Of a stretch of 64,000 nucleotides of DNA, positions 30,615-40,365 are shown piece after piece. Position 1 is the stretch's first letter; each line of letters starts with the position of its first letter. The notes beneath the pieces were generated by a model. That model saw only the letters and a program-made list of their open reading frames with translations. It ran no database searches and was not told where the DNA came from. Location of the stretch: NCBI GenBank assembly GCA_963764725.1, contig CAVXTM010000012.1, forward strand, positions 160,001 through 224,000, given 5' to 3'. The translations under genes and the position numbers were made by a program. Origin of the DNA: an uncultured Gammaproteobacteria bacterium (lineage in GTDB: Bacteria > Pseudomonadota > Gammaproteobacteria > JACCXJ01).

Positions 30615-31793
30615 TTAGAGAGTCTTGCGATAGCTCACGCGGTAGATGTTCCCGCCGTAATCGTCGGAGATGTAGATAGCCCCGTCGGGCCCCTCGGCGA
30701 CATCCACGGGACGACCGATGACCTCTTCATCTTGCTCGAAGCCTGTAGCAAATTTGCGCTCGGTGATCTTCCCTGTAGCATCAAAATGCAGCGACACCAC
30801 CTCGTACCCGGCTTTCTCGGTACGATTCCAGGATCCATGAAGGGCGGCCAGCGCCGCTCCCTGGTAGCCTGACGGCAGACCGTTGCCGTGAATGAACGAT
30901 AAGCCTAAGGGCGCGGTGTGGGCGTCGAAGTTGTGGACGGGAGGCACGCTCTCGCGCACCTCATCTTCGTTTCCTGCGCCGAGGCTGGGATCGGGCGCCT
31001 TATCGCCGTTGGCATAAGGCCATCCGTAGGACTTGCCGTGCTCGATGCGATTAAGCTCACAGGGAGGAAAGTCATCGCCCAGGAAATCGCGCCCGTTGTC
31101 GGCGCCGTACAGTTCATTTTGTACCGGACGCCAATCAAAGCCCACGGTATTACGAAGGCCGGTGGCATAGATCTGCTCCGCCGTACCATCGGGTCGAAAG
31201 CGCAGCAAGGCTGCGCGCCGGGGATCTTCTTCCCTACAGGCATTGCAGCTCGATCCCACCGACACGTATACCCACCCATCCGGACCCACGCGCACGCTGC
31301 GTGTCCAGTGTTGGCCGCCGACGGGAAGCCCCGCCAGGCGCTCGAAACTGCCGCTCACCTTGCGGGCCTTCTCGTCAATGCGGACGCGCCCCAGCGCGCT
31401 CGTCTCGGCGACGTATAGCCAGCCTTCATGGAGGTCTAGACCATGAGGTCGATTGAGCCCCGTGAGCAGATCTTGACGGCCATCCGGCCGCCCGTCCGCA
31501 TCGCTGTCGCGCTCAAGTAGGACGATGCGTCCTGAGCGTGGTAGGCTCACGAGTAGATCACCGGCCCCGGTAAACCGCAGCATGCGCGCATCGGTCAGTC
31601 CGCTCGCGTAAAGAGCAATAGAAAAGCCATCCGGCAAGCGAATTCGATTTCGAAGCGAGTCGGTCGTTGGCGCGCTCCGAAACCATCTACCGATTGCGCT
31701 AGGCATGTTCACCGTGAAACGCTCGGGCCACAGCAACCATAGGAGAATGGCCGCGACACCGAGATGGAGGAGACCGCGCGGCACAGTTCTCAT
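30615..31793 (-). CDS. PQQ-dependent sugar/sorbosone dehydrogenase family
   Basis: LPDGFSIALYA, LNRPHGL, GSSCNAC, ATGLRN, DNGRD, YGWPY, AHTAPLG, HGSWNR and GRPVDV. Confidence 0.85.
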   Translation of the reverse strand: MRTVPRGLLHLGVAAILLWLLWPERFTVNMPSAIGRWFRSAPTTDSLRNRIRLPDGFSIALYASGLTDARMLRFTGAGDLLVSLPRSGRIVLLERDSDADGRPDGRQDLLTGLNRPHGLDLHEGWLYVAETSALGRVRIDEKARKVSGSFERLAGLPVGGQHWTRSVRVGPDGWVYVSVGSSCNACREEDPRRAALLRFRPDGTAEQIYATGLRNTVGFDWRPVQNELYGADNGRDFLGDDFPPCELNRIEHGKSYGWPYANGDKAPDPSLGAGNEDEVRESVPPVHNFDAHTAPLGLSFIHGNGLPSGYQGAALAALHGSWNRTEKAGYEVVSLHFDATGKITERKFATGFEQDEEVIGRPVDVAEGPDGAIYISDDYGGNIYRVSYRKTL

Positions 31794-32677
31794 TGTACGG
31801 CCGGTTCTCGGGTGGCATCATGTCGCGGCCGGCCCGCGTCGGTGAAGAAGTCAATAATCGACGGATTCAAGTCTGGCCAACGCGCATGAGGCTGGGTTCC
31901 CTCGCAGTATCGGGTGGCCACGCCATGAGCACACTTCGGGTAGGTTTCGCAACCACTGTTCAGTCGCTTGCGAGCACTTAGCTCGCACTGATTACATGCG
32001 GCCCACCAACTCGCCGCGTCCCTCCCGTACCCTGGAAATAGCCCATCGTTGGCGCTGTGCATAATCATTACCGGGAGCGGTCTTGGGCACTCGAAACCGG
32101 CGAGGTCTGCCTTGGTGAAGCCCACGGCACTCGCTGCGATCGCCGCGGGAATATGTTTCGTTCTATCGAGTATCGCCATAGCCAACGCAACGGTTCCACC
32201 ATCCGAGTGCCCGGTTAAGTAGACGCGTGTCGTATCGATGCACCATTTTTTCGCGGCGACACTCGGAATTGCACTCAAATCCTCGATCGCGGAAATAGAG
32301 TTTCGGACGTGATCTGCATAGGCGATCAGAAATCCTTGACCCGTGGCGATTGTTGTTAACCCCGTAATGCGTTCGCTAGCCGCGGCGGAGAGACCCGCTG
32401 GAGCAAAAACGACGAGTAAGGGATGGGCGACGTTTGGTTGATAGTTCTCGGGAGTTCTTACGTTGAAACGAATACCCTTTGGGGTACTTTCGCTGTCAAT
32501 GACCCCCGCGGGACCGATCCTCGAGTGGGGCTTGCAAACGACAGCCGTGCTGCCCTGAGGATATGCGTACACACCAAGGTCGATCGTCCCACGCTCCGTA
32601 CACCCCATCAGCGCGAGGCCCGAGGCGAGAAGCAGACCTTTCAACAATACCTGACTGTTCGTTCTAGAATGAACCAC
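31790..32677 (-). CDS. PHB-depolymerase/LpqC-like esterase, probable lipoprotein
   Basis: Lipobox-like LMGC, GHSDGG nucleophile, HSAND and terminal H..W. The exact start is uncertain. Confidence 0.75.
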   Translation of the reverse strand: MVHSRTNSQVLLKGLLLASGLALMGCTERGTIDLGVYAYPQGSTAVVCKPHSRIGPAGVIDSESTPKGIRFNVRTPENYQPNVAHPLLVVFAPAGLSAAASERITGLTTIATGQGFLIAYADHVRNSISAIEDLSAIPSVAAKKWCIDTTRVYLTGHSDGGTVALAMAILDRTKHIPAAIAASAVGFTKADLAGFECPRPLPVMIMHSANDGLFPGYGRDAASWWAACNQCELSARKRLNSGCETYPKCAHGVATRYCEGTQPHARWPDLNPSIIDFFTDAGRPRHDATREPAVQ

Positions 32678-32751
32678 AAGAAAAGCTACTCGAGCGCAAC
32701 AAAGGGTTTATAAAGTAAGCTTAGCCGTTATGGAACAAATAGTCAAGAATA
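32646..32751 (-). promoter_or_regulatory. sigma70-like promoter with two TetR-operator-like boxes
   Basis: TTGACT (32746-32741)-N17-TAAGCT (32723-32718). Boxes at 32726-32751 (21/26 to the 29144 box) and 32646-32671 (20/26). Confidence 0.65.
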
Positions 32752-32884
32752 GCGTTGGTGTTGGAGCGAGGCATACAACTCGATCAGGACGAAGAGTTAG
32801 GAAAGAGTAGCAAGCAGGATCTTACCTGCCCTCTACCGTAGCTTGCGATCTCGGAATTCGGGCGAGTGCCGAGCGCCGGCAAAT

Positions 32885-33169
32885 CTAGGGATACGTCAGG
32901 GTCAGGCCCGGCAAAGCGGACGGGATTACTTCGCGGCCGTCGGTCCGGTTTGAGATCAAAGTTACTCGAGGTGGAGTCGACGTTTTAGCTAGACATACAT
33001 GGTCGTGACATTCCGGGCAGCGATACTCCTGGACGTCCTTGTGAGACCGTGCTCTTTCAACCTCGACCCGGAAGACACAGCCACAAAAGCCGCAGGTTTG
33101 CCGAAACTCACTGCTGGGAGTGAATGCAGCGGTTGTTTCCGTCATTTCCGTCATTGTGTTACTCAACAT
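32885..33169 (-). CDS. small zinc-ribbon protein
   Basis: CGFC...CPEC Cys pairs. Confidence 0.5.
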   Translation of the reverse strand: MLSNTMTEMTETTAAFTPSSEFRQTCGFCGCVFRVEVERARSHKDVQEYRCPECHDHVCLAKTSTPPRVTLISNRTDGREVIPSALPGLTLTYP

Positions 33170-33636
33170 AGATTCTCGTAGGCATTGCTAATTGGCTCCA
33201 TATCCGCACAAAAAAGCGGATACATTGATTAATGATCCTCGGCGGTACGGTACAGCCGCCCATTGCAGGGCGGATCAGGGGCACGCAATCGGGCGTATTT
33301 CACGTAAGATGTGGCAATACCTTCGGGTGCTTTCCACAGGGAAAGCCACCAAATCCCCGTGGACATCCTTCGACCCGGGTCAATGATAACACGGTGTGAG
33401 GCCCTATGCCAGTTAGAGCTAGGACGGTAGAGGCGGACCTCGGGGACGCGCTAAATAGATCGCAAGGTCACACACGGTTCGGCCACCATGAGTGACCGCG
33501 CGTCCACTCGACCAGACCTATCAGTCCTTGGGATCGCGCACGAATCATGAATACAGAGACATCCGGGGCCGGTGACACGCGGTCTCGCCGGAGACGGAAC
33601 GAATTTGCGGCATCGAGGCGCCCCGCAATTCCCGAG

Positions 33637-34722
33637 CTACGCGGGCTCCGCCACGATCACGGTATTTCGCCCTTGCTGTTTTCCTCGATAAAGCGCATCG
33701 TCCGCTTGTTTGACGCATAGGTCCAACGGCCTATCTTGGTCGTAGCGGGTCATTCCAAAGGTAACGGTCACGGAATGCCTCGTACCGGCGAAGTCAAGGT
33801 ATGCCGCTTCGATGCCCATTCGCAATCGCTCCACCACCTCGATGGCGTGCTCCAGGGAAATTTCCGGCAGCACGATAAGAAACTCCTCGCCTCCCCAACG
33901 CCCTACGATATCGACTTTGCGCACGGTCCTTCGCATCACGCCTGCGACACGGCGCAGCACGGCATCACCGCAGTCGTGACCGTGGCTATCGTTGATCGTC
34001 TTGAACTGGTCTATGTCCGCCAGGACGAGAAAAAAGGGCCGGCCGCTCCGCTCGCACCGCAGGCGCTCGGTTTCGAGCAATTCCCAGAGCTTGCGCCGGT
34101 TCGGAAGCTGAGTCAGGGGATCGGTGTCGGCAAGTTCCTTGATCCGCTGCTCGGCTCTTGCCGAGGCTTGGCGGAAGAAGTAGGCCGTCATGGCCAGGGC
34201 CGCAAAGGTGACAACGGCATTGGCGTAATAAAGGGTCTCGAGTAGCGCCGGCGCAAGCGTCGTGTTCGGCGCCCGGATCGATAAGGCGTACAGCGCGCAA
34301 TAAAGCGCGCCAATCCCGATGCTCTCCAGAACGATGAGTTTCGTCTTCAGCGCGCTGTTAAACATCGTGAATGGAATCGCGGCCATGAGATAGTTCTGAA
34401 ATCCGGCATGCCAGCCTACGCAATACACGGCGACGATGGTATGTGCGACGACTTCGGTCGTAAGTAGCGTGATGGCCAAGGCATGATTCCCCTGTTGATT
34501 CGCGAGGTACCCGGCGAACCACGCTACGCTGCTGAAAATATTAAATACCGCCAGAACCGGAACACCCAAGAAAAAAAATAACGGAACGCAGACGACATGC
34601 ACGCCAAGGCCGAGGTACGCGATGTATCTAATGACCAGATACATCCGAAAATCCTCAGACGGCATGGCGGTATCCCCTCCTCGCTGGCTGAGCTCCGGCA
34701 TAAGCTTGGATTGATTAACCAC
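33637..34722 (-). CDS. membrane-bound diguanylate cyclase
   Basis: About 6 TM segments, then DPLTQLPNRR, DIDQFKTIND.HGH..GD, RxxD and RWGGEEF. Confidence 0.9.
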   Translation of the reverse strand: MVNQSKLMPELSQRGGDTAMPSEDFRMYLVIRYIAYLGLGVHVVCVPLFFFLGVPVLAVFNIFSSVAWFAGYLANQQGNHALAITLLTTEVVAHTIVAVYCVGWHAGFQNYLMAAIPFTMFNSALKTKLIVLESIGIGALYCALYALSIRAPNTTLAPALLETLYYANAVVTFAALAMTAYFFRQASARAEQRIKELADTDPLTQLPNRRKLWELLETERLRCERSGRPFFLVLADIDQFKTINDSHGHDCGDAVLRRVAGVMRRTVRKVDIVGRWGGEEFLIVLPEISLEHAIEVVERLRMGIEAAYLDFAGTRHSVTVTFGMTRYDQDRPLDLCVKQADDALYRGKQQGRNTVIVAEPA

Positions 34723-34819
34723 TTTCTCGAACCGTGGCGATTATAGTGGGAGCGTCCTCCGCTCCCAATAGCAGGGGAATTGGAATGCGCTCGTCAAAGC
34801 GCGACAGCGGTTTCAGAGC

Positions 34820-34921
34820 GCGGCTCCAGCTATAGACTAGATCATTGGCCAATTTTTCCAGCCTGGCAAGAACCGTAGGGAGTACGGGTTGTACTTCGAG
34901 ATCGAATCGGGTGCCGGTCAT
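34820..34921 (-). pseudogene. N-terminal remnant of alpha-glucan phosphorylase
   Basis: MTGTRFDLEVQPVLP..LARLEKLANDLVYSW matches the GlgP N-terminus, then stops after 68 aa. Confidence 0.6.
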
Positions 34922-34957
34922 CTTTTAGAGATTCCGATATTGTTGCCAAAGCTTCGC

Positions 34958-36157
34958 TTACTCCACGTGGACCTTGCGCAGACCGAAGCCGACGATGCGG
35001 GCGGGCAACCGGCGCAGCAACGGCAAACGAAAGAGCGCCGGGGGCGCAAATGAGGCATTGGGGTCGAGGGCGGTCCGGATGACGCGCTCTTGAATGAAGG
35101 CCTGAAAGCGCTGGATGAAGCGAGTCAGCCAATAGCGCTCACGTTGCACCCGCGCGAGATCGGCCTCCATGACCCGGCCACTGCGCAGTGCTTCGCTCAA
35201 GGCATTGGCCGCGACCACCGCGTCCTGTATGGCATAGTTGATCCCCACCCCACCGACCGGCGACATGACGTGGGCCGCATCACCGATTAAGAGCAAGCCC
35301 GGCAGATACCATTTCCTGAGGCAACTCGATTCTACCGGTAGTATAGAAAGGTCGCCCCAGTTCTTTAGCAAAGACACCCGGTCGGCAAACTCGGGCGCAA
35401 GCGCTACCAGCGAGGCGTGGAATTTCTCGATACCTTCTTCACGCAATGCTTGGTAGCTGCCTTTTAAAATCAGGTACCCTAATTGGAAGTGATCTTCCCG
35501 CGGCAGTATAGCTAGCATGTGGCCTTGACCGATACGGCCTCCGAAGCCTTGTGTATCGCCGGGAGACCTGGGTAACCGGAACCAGAGTACGTCCATCGGC
35601 GGGGAGCTTCGCACCGGCTCGAGTCCGGCGAGCTTGCGAAGGCGCGAGAATCGCCCGTCGGCGGCGACCGTCAAGAGCGCCCGCAGCTCGCGTTCAACGC
35701 CTGTCTCGTCCCAGTACCGGACACCGCGGCTGACCCCCTCCTCCATGATCAGCTCCCGCACGTGGGCGCCCATGAGGAGTCTAAAATGGGGATAGCGCCG
35801 CGCCTGTCCGGTGACAAATTCGAGGAACTTCGCCTGCGGCATGAGCGTGATATAGGGAAAGCGCGTTTTTAGCCGGGTAAAATCCACCATCTTGAATGCG
35901 GCCTGCTTAGTCCGCAGGGTGAGGTCGTGGAGCTTGGTGTGGGGAAGATCGAGTAAGGCGTCCGCAAGCCCGATCTCATCCATGATCTCCATGACCGAGG
36001 GGTGCAAGGTGTCGCCACGGAACTCGCGGTCGAAATCCTTATGCCCCTCGAGCAACGTGACCGGCACGCCGTTACGGGCCAAGAGCAGCGATAGCACCGC
36101 CCCCGCCGGACCGCCACCGACGACGCAACAGGAGGTCCTTTCAAGCTCAGCGCTCAT
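34958..36157 (-). CDS. FAD-dependent monooxygenase/oxidoreductase (UbiH-like)
   Basis: VVGGGPAG, DFDREFRGD, AADGRFS and GDAAHVMSPVGGVGINYAIQD. Confidence 0.85.
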   Translation of the reverse strand: MSAELERTSCCVVGGGPAGAVLSLLLARNGVPVTLLEGHKDFDREFRGDTLHPSVMEIMDEIGLADALLDLPHTKLHDLTLRTKQAAFKMVDFTRLKTRFPYITLMPQAKFLEFVTGQARRYPHFRLLMGAHVRELIMEEGVSRGVRYWDETGVERELRALLTVAADGRFSRLRKLAGLEPVRSSPPMDVLWFRLPRSPGDTQGFGGRIGQGHMLAILPREDHFQLGYLILKGSYQALREEGIEKFHASLVALAPEFADRVSLLKNWGDLSILPVESSCLRKWYLPGLLLIGDAAHVMSPVGGVGINYAIQDAVVAANALSEALRSGRVMEADLARVQRERYWLTRFIQRFQAFIQERVIRTALDPNASFAPPALFRLPLLRRLPARIVGFGLRKVHVE

Positions 36158-36250
36158 CCGACTAGCAGCTGTCGCGCTTCACCCGCTCCGTTCGCCCACC
36201 AGCCCAAGGCGCTGCAACTGAAATCCAGGCACCGACTCACCTCACAAAGA

Positions 36251-37009
36251 TCATGGTTGCTGAATACAATCCAAACAAGCGATGATTGCCTCGCTAACCC
36301 GCTTAGTCTCATTGGGATCTCTGACTTGGATAGAAACAACGCCTGCTTCCTTGGCCGGATAGTCGTTGCCACCGGGGAACAACGCATCCCCTATAAAAAT
36401 CATCTCGTTAATTGTAATGCCAAGGATGTCTCGGAGTTTTCTGATACCGTAGGCTTTGTCGATGCCAGGCTTTGTGACATCAACAGATGTCGTGCCACCC
36501 AGTCGGACGAAAAAGTCAGGAATAATGGTTTCAAGGATTGCTTTGATTTTCTTACGCTTGGCGAAATCCGGGTCCCATTTTTTCTTTTCTTCAATGGGGG
36601 CCTGCTGACCTAATGCCGAGAATGTAATCTGACTGCCCCGGTCTTCAATCACTTCTCCCCAGTGCTTTCCTGACTTGAAACCCGACAATTCAAGCGCCTT
36701 GTTCAGTGAACTGATGATGGTCTCCTTTTCGTTCTCGGTGAAGTCTTCTGAATAGATCTTTTCCCAAGCTCCTTCATAGCGGAAGAACTTTGTTCCACAT
36801 GTAGGGAGGAGAGATAGATTCTTTAGGCGTTGGTCATGGGGAAGATTGGAGAGCAGTTGTTTTTCGAACTGTGGCCAATCGCCTCCGGAAATGACGGCCA
36901 CTCTGACGATGCTGAGAAGGTCACGCAGAAGTGCTGACATTTCGGCATCAAGAGACGCTTTGCTTTCGGCAAGCGTACCATCCAGGTCGAAAACAATTAG
37001 CTTTTTCAT
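36251..37009 (-). CDS. HAD-IIB hydrolase (phosphomannomutase-like)
   Basis: FDLDGTL, EDRGSQITFS, GGTTSVDV and GDALFPGGND. Confidence 0.85.
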   Translation of the reverse strand: MKKLIVFDLDGTLAESKASLDAEMSALLRDLLSIVRVAVISGGDWPQFEKQLLSNLPHDQRLKNLSLLPTCGTKFFRYEGAWEKIYSEDFTENEKETIISSLNKALELSGFKSGKHWGEVIEDRGSQITFSALGQQAPIEEKKKWDPDFAKRKKIKAILETIIPDFFVRLGGTTSVDVTKPGIDKAYGIRKLRDILGITINEMIFIGDALFPGGNDYPAKEAGVVSIQVRDPNETKRVSEAIIACLDCIQQP

Positions 37010-37488
37010 TGTTACTTATTCCGCATTCGGCGCAACTTATAACAAGCTCGCAGTACCTCGCGGCGGACAGACACACGCTCCGACCACGGCCGGCAAGAGC
37101 AAACCGTCCCACCCACCCGCCACAGCCATTCCATCCTCCGGGGGCCCAGCAGGCAACGTCCTGTGCCTGGCTTTCCATCCTCAGGGCGCAGGACGATTAA
37201 TTGCCCGAAAACGCCCGAGCCTTGGACCGAGGGCCAGCGTGTTTGACAACTCACTGGGCCATCCGTACCCTTCTGCTTGACGAAAATGGCGTATATTTTT
37301 ATAGCCTCCCGCTGCCTCCGGACGGTCACGCGCAGGACGCAGAAGCCACTCTCGAGACTACTTAAGGTCGCCCGCTCGATGGTCCCCGATGAACGCTCCG
37401 TTTTCTAGCGAACCGGCCGTGTGCATGCTGCCGATGATACCTGGTGTTGGCTGTCCTTTGCAGCTTTACGACCTAACCTCGTGGGGTG

Positions 37489-37580
37489 GGTTCTAAATGC
37501 TGCATGGCGCTCGAGCCAGAAATGCTCAGCCTCGATGAGGGCGAGAACCCCGAACTGTTGGACTTCCGGCGGCGATTCAT
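37489..37580 (+). pseudogene. remnant of a copper P-type ATPase (CopA-like)
   Basis: KCCMALEPEMLSLDEGENPELLDFRRRF resembles the CPKCGMALEP...ENPEL.DF.RRF segment preceding TM1 of CopA proteins. Confidence 0.55.
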
Positions 37581-37752
37581 CAATGGTCGTAGGGATCGGT
37601 CTGCGTCCGCTTGCCCGCGTCACCCACGCTTATCCGACCCAGGTCCGAAGCGATTAAGAAAGCGGCGGACGCCTACAACCGCACGCGTCTGACGCCGACG
37701 ATCCAATCGCTGCAGCGCTGGTTGAAGTAGTAACCGCCAACAAGGAGATGAT

Positions 37753-38659
37753 ATGAAACTCGGCATGATCGGTTTGGGGCGCATGGGCGCCAACATGGCG
37801 CAGCGTCTGATACGCGGCGGACATCAACTGGTCGGGCTTCGATCCGAAACCCGAAGCACGCAAGGACCTTAAGAACAAGGGCGCCGAATCCGCGGATTCG
37901 CTTGCCACGCTGGTAGCGACACTGCCAGCCCCACGCACGCTATGGCTGATGGTGCCCGCCGGCGAAATCACCGAAGCCACCCTCACGAATCTTCTGCCTC
38001 TGCTGGCCACAGGCGACACGGTCATCGACGGCGGCAATTCCAATTACAAGGACACGCTGCGCCGGGCCAAGACATTCGCCGACAAAAACATCCACTACAT
38101 CGACTGCGGTACCAGCGGCGGCGTGTGGGGTCTGGCCGAGGGCTTCAGCATGATGATCGGCGGCGACGAAGCGGCTGTCGAACGGCTGACGCCGATCTTC
38201 GAAACATTAGCACCCGCCAAGGATCAAGGCTGGGGCCGCGTCGGCCCCGTGGGCTCCGGCCACTTCACCAAGATGGTCCACAACGGCATCGAATACGGTC
38301 TGATGCAGGCCTACGCCGAAGGCTTTTCGATCCTGCAGCACAAGCGCGAGTTCGGCCTCGACTTGCATCAGATCGCCGAGATCTGGCGCCACGGCAGCGT
38401 GGTGCGCTCGTGGCTCCTGGACCTCACGGCGGCGGTGTTGGAGAAGAATCCGGCGATGACCGGGATCGCTCCTTACGTCGACGATTCCGGCGAAGGGCGC
38501 TGGACCGTGGCCGAGGCGATCGACCTGGATGTACCCGCGCCGGTCATCACGCTGTCGCTGCTCGAGCGCCTGCGCTCGCGCGACGCGGACTCGTACTCCG
38601 ACAAGCTGCTGGCGGCCATGCGCAACCGGTTCGGCGGGCACGCGATCAAGAAGGAATGA
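37753..38659 (+). CDS. gnd: decarboxylating 6-phosphogluconate dehydrogenase (short type), frameshift at ~37835
   Basis: RBS AAGGAG then MKLGMIGLGRMGANM; DGGNS, DCGTSGG, KMVHNGIEYG and MRNRFGGH. Confidence 0.85.
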
Positions 38660-39387
38660 GCGCTACGGACGCGCAGGACGCTGCCGCCCCCCGCAGCGTG
38701 CGCTGGATCGGCGTCGCCGACGCCGCGGCGCTGCGGCAGATCGCGTACCGGCGCATCCTCGACGCCGCCGCGCACGCGATCGAACGGCGCGACCGGTTCC
38801 TGATCGTGCTCGCCGGCGGCAACACGCCGCGCGGCATCTACCGGATGCTGCGCGCCGCGGCCACCGACTGGTCGCGCTGGCAGGTGTACTTCGGCGACGA
38901 GCGCTGCCTGCCGGCGGACGACGCCGAGCGCAACAGCCGGATGGCGGCCGATGCCTGGCTCAATCGCGTGCCGATTCCGCCAGACCAGGTGCACGCGATT
39001 CCCGCCGAGCTCGGCGCGGCTGCGGCGGCACTCGCCTACGCGGAAACGCTGCGCGGCGCCGGTAATTTCGACCTGGTCCTGCTCGGCCTCGGCGAGGACG
39101 GCCACACCGCCAGTCTGTTTCCGAACCACGACTGGGGTTCCAACGCAGATGCCGCGGACGCACTGGCCGTGTTCGACGCACCCAAGCCGCCGCCGCAGCG
39201 CGTATCGCTCAGCGCGGCGCGCTTGAGCCTCACGCGCGAGGTGCTGTTCCTGGTCGAAGGCGCAGCCAAGCGCGATGCAGTGACGCGCTGGCGCGCAGGC
39301 GAGCGGTTGCCAACGGGTGCGATCCAGCCCGCGGGCGGCGCCGATGTACTGGTTGAGTCTGCGCTACTCACGTCACCTGCCGGATAG
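38656..39387 (+). CDS. pgl: 6-phosphogluconolactonase
   Basis: ATG overlaps the gnd stop (ATGA). LAGGNTP, FGDERC, LGLGEDGHTASLFP and PKPPPQRVSL. Confidence 0.9.
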   Translation: MSATDAQDAAAPRSVRWIGVADAAALRQIAYRRILDAAAHAIERRDRFLIVLAGGNTPRGIYRMLRAAATDWSRWQVYFGDERCLPADDAERNSRMAADAWLNRVPIPPDQVHAIPAELGAAAAALAYAETLRGAGNFDLVLLGLGEDGHTASLFPNHDWGSNADAADALAVFDAPKPPPQRVSLSAARLSLTREVLFLVEGAAKRDAVTRWRAGERLPTGAIQPAGGADVLVESALLTSPAG

Positions 39388-39399
39388 GCTGCACATCTC

Positions 39400-39577
39400 G
39401 GTGAACCAGCCGTGACGTTTGGCAATAGGACGCAGCGCGTCCCTCAGTGCAAGATTTCTACCGAGGTTAGGTTCCTGGAATTCGTCAGCGCGCCGCCGCC
39501 AGTCATCAGGCGCAAGCGTAGCGACGCGCCCGGCATCGAAGCTGTCAGTCAGCAGCCCGGACTGCATCGGGCTGTAC
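39400..39577 (-). pseudogene. aldo/keto reductase internal fragment
   Basis: YSPMQSGLLT...DDWRR...RNLALRDALRPIAKRHG, without the rest of the gene. Confidence 0.6.
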
Positions 39578-39990
39578 GGTGATCAATCCGGACCGGACGG
39601 TAATGGCCTTGGTGGGTCGTTTCTCGCTGTCACCCTCGAACTCGGTGTATACCCTCACTCGACATTAGGTATGCCCCTTGCAGTAAGGAAGCGCGAACGG
39701 TCAAGCGCGCCCCTGTGGTGGAGTTACCACCCATAGAGACCCAATTAACTTACCAAAGGAAGGTTAGAAAATGAGAGCGTTAATAGCAGTTATCTACGTG
39801 CTTTCAACAACAGCAGTTACGATATTTGTTCAGGCTATAGTATTGTAACAAATGGAATTATCGGTAGGTCGGTTACCGTAGAGACATTCATGGTTATGTC
39901 CTGCCTGCCTGCCGTTTATGTACCGTATTGTGCTCCCTGTTCCAACAAGCGGGACTCAAACGCACCGAAGCCGCCGGGGGGCACGACACC

Positions 39991-40350
39991 GTGACCGAAG
40001 AACCAATCACCAGTGCAGCCGACGCGGCTTCTCGTCCTGTTCGGCTTGAGGTTGTCGCGGACGGCACGATCGGATACGCCTCGCTTCAGAACGATGTCCC
40101 GATAGTTCGCGAGCTGCGGGTTTCCAGCAATTCACCAGACGCGATCAACGACGTTGAGGGCATCGTTGAATCGGATCCTCCCTTCGCTGAAGGCGCGAAG
40201 CTAAGGTTCGATCGGCTCGCTGTCGGCGAGAGTCGCCGGATCACCCCGGTCGATACTCGGGTTCATCACAGCTACCCATCCGCTCTGACGGAGCTAGAGC
40301 GCGCGAAACTCAAGATAAGCGTTCGCGCAGGAGGTGAACTCAAACTTAAC
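39991..40350 (+). pseudogene. N-terminal remnant resembling DUF4011/DUF3320 helicase-like proteins, in frame with the next gene
   Basis: IGYASLQNDVPIVRELRV...VESDPPFA resembles the N-terminus of those large proteins. Confidence 0.4.
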
Positions 40351-40365
40351 GGTAGGAACCAATCG

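Noticed and set aside
37942-38655. 481-aa ORF as an N-terminally extended Pgl
   Set aside because: The extension is an off-frame reading of gnd. Pgl starts at ATG 38656.
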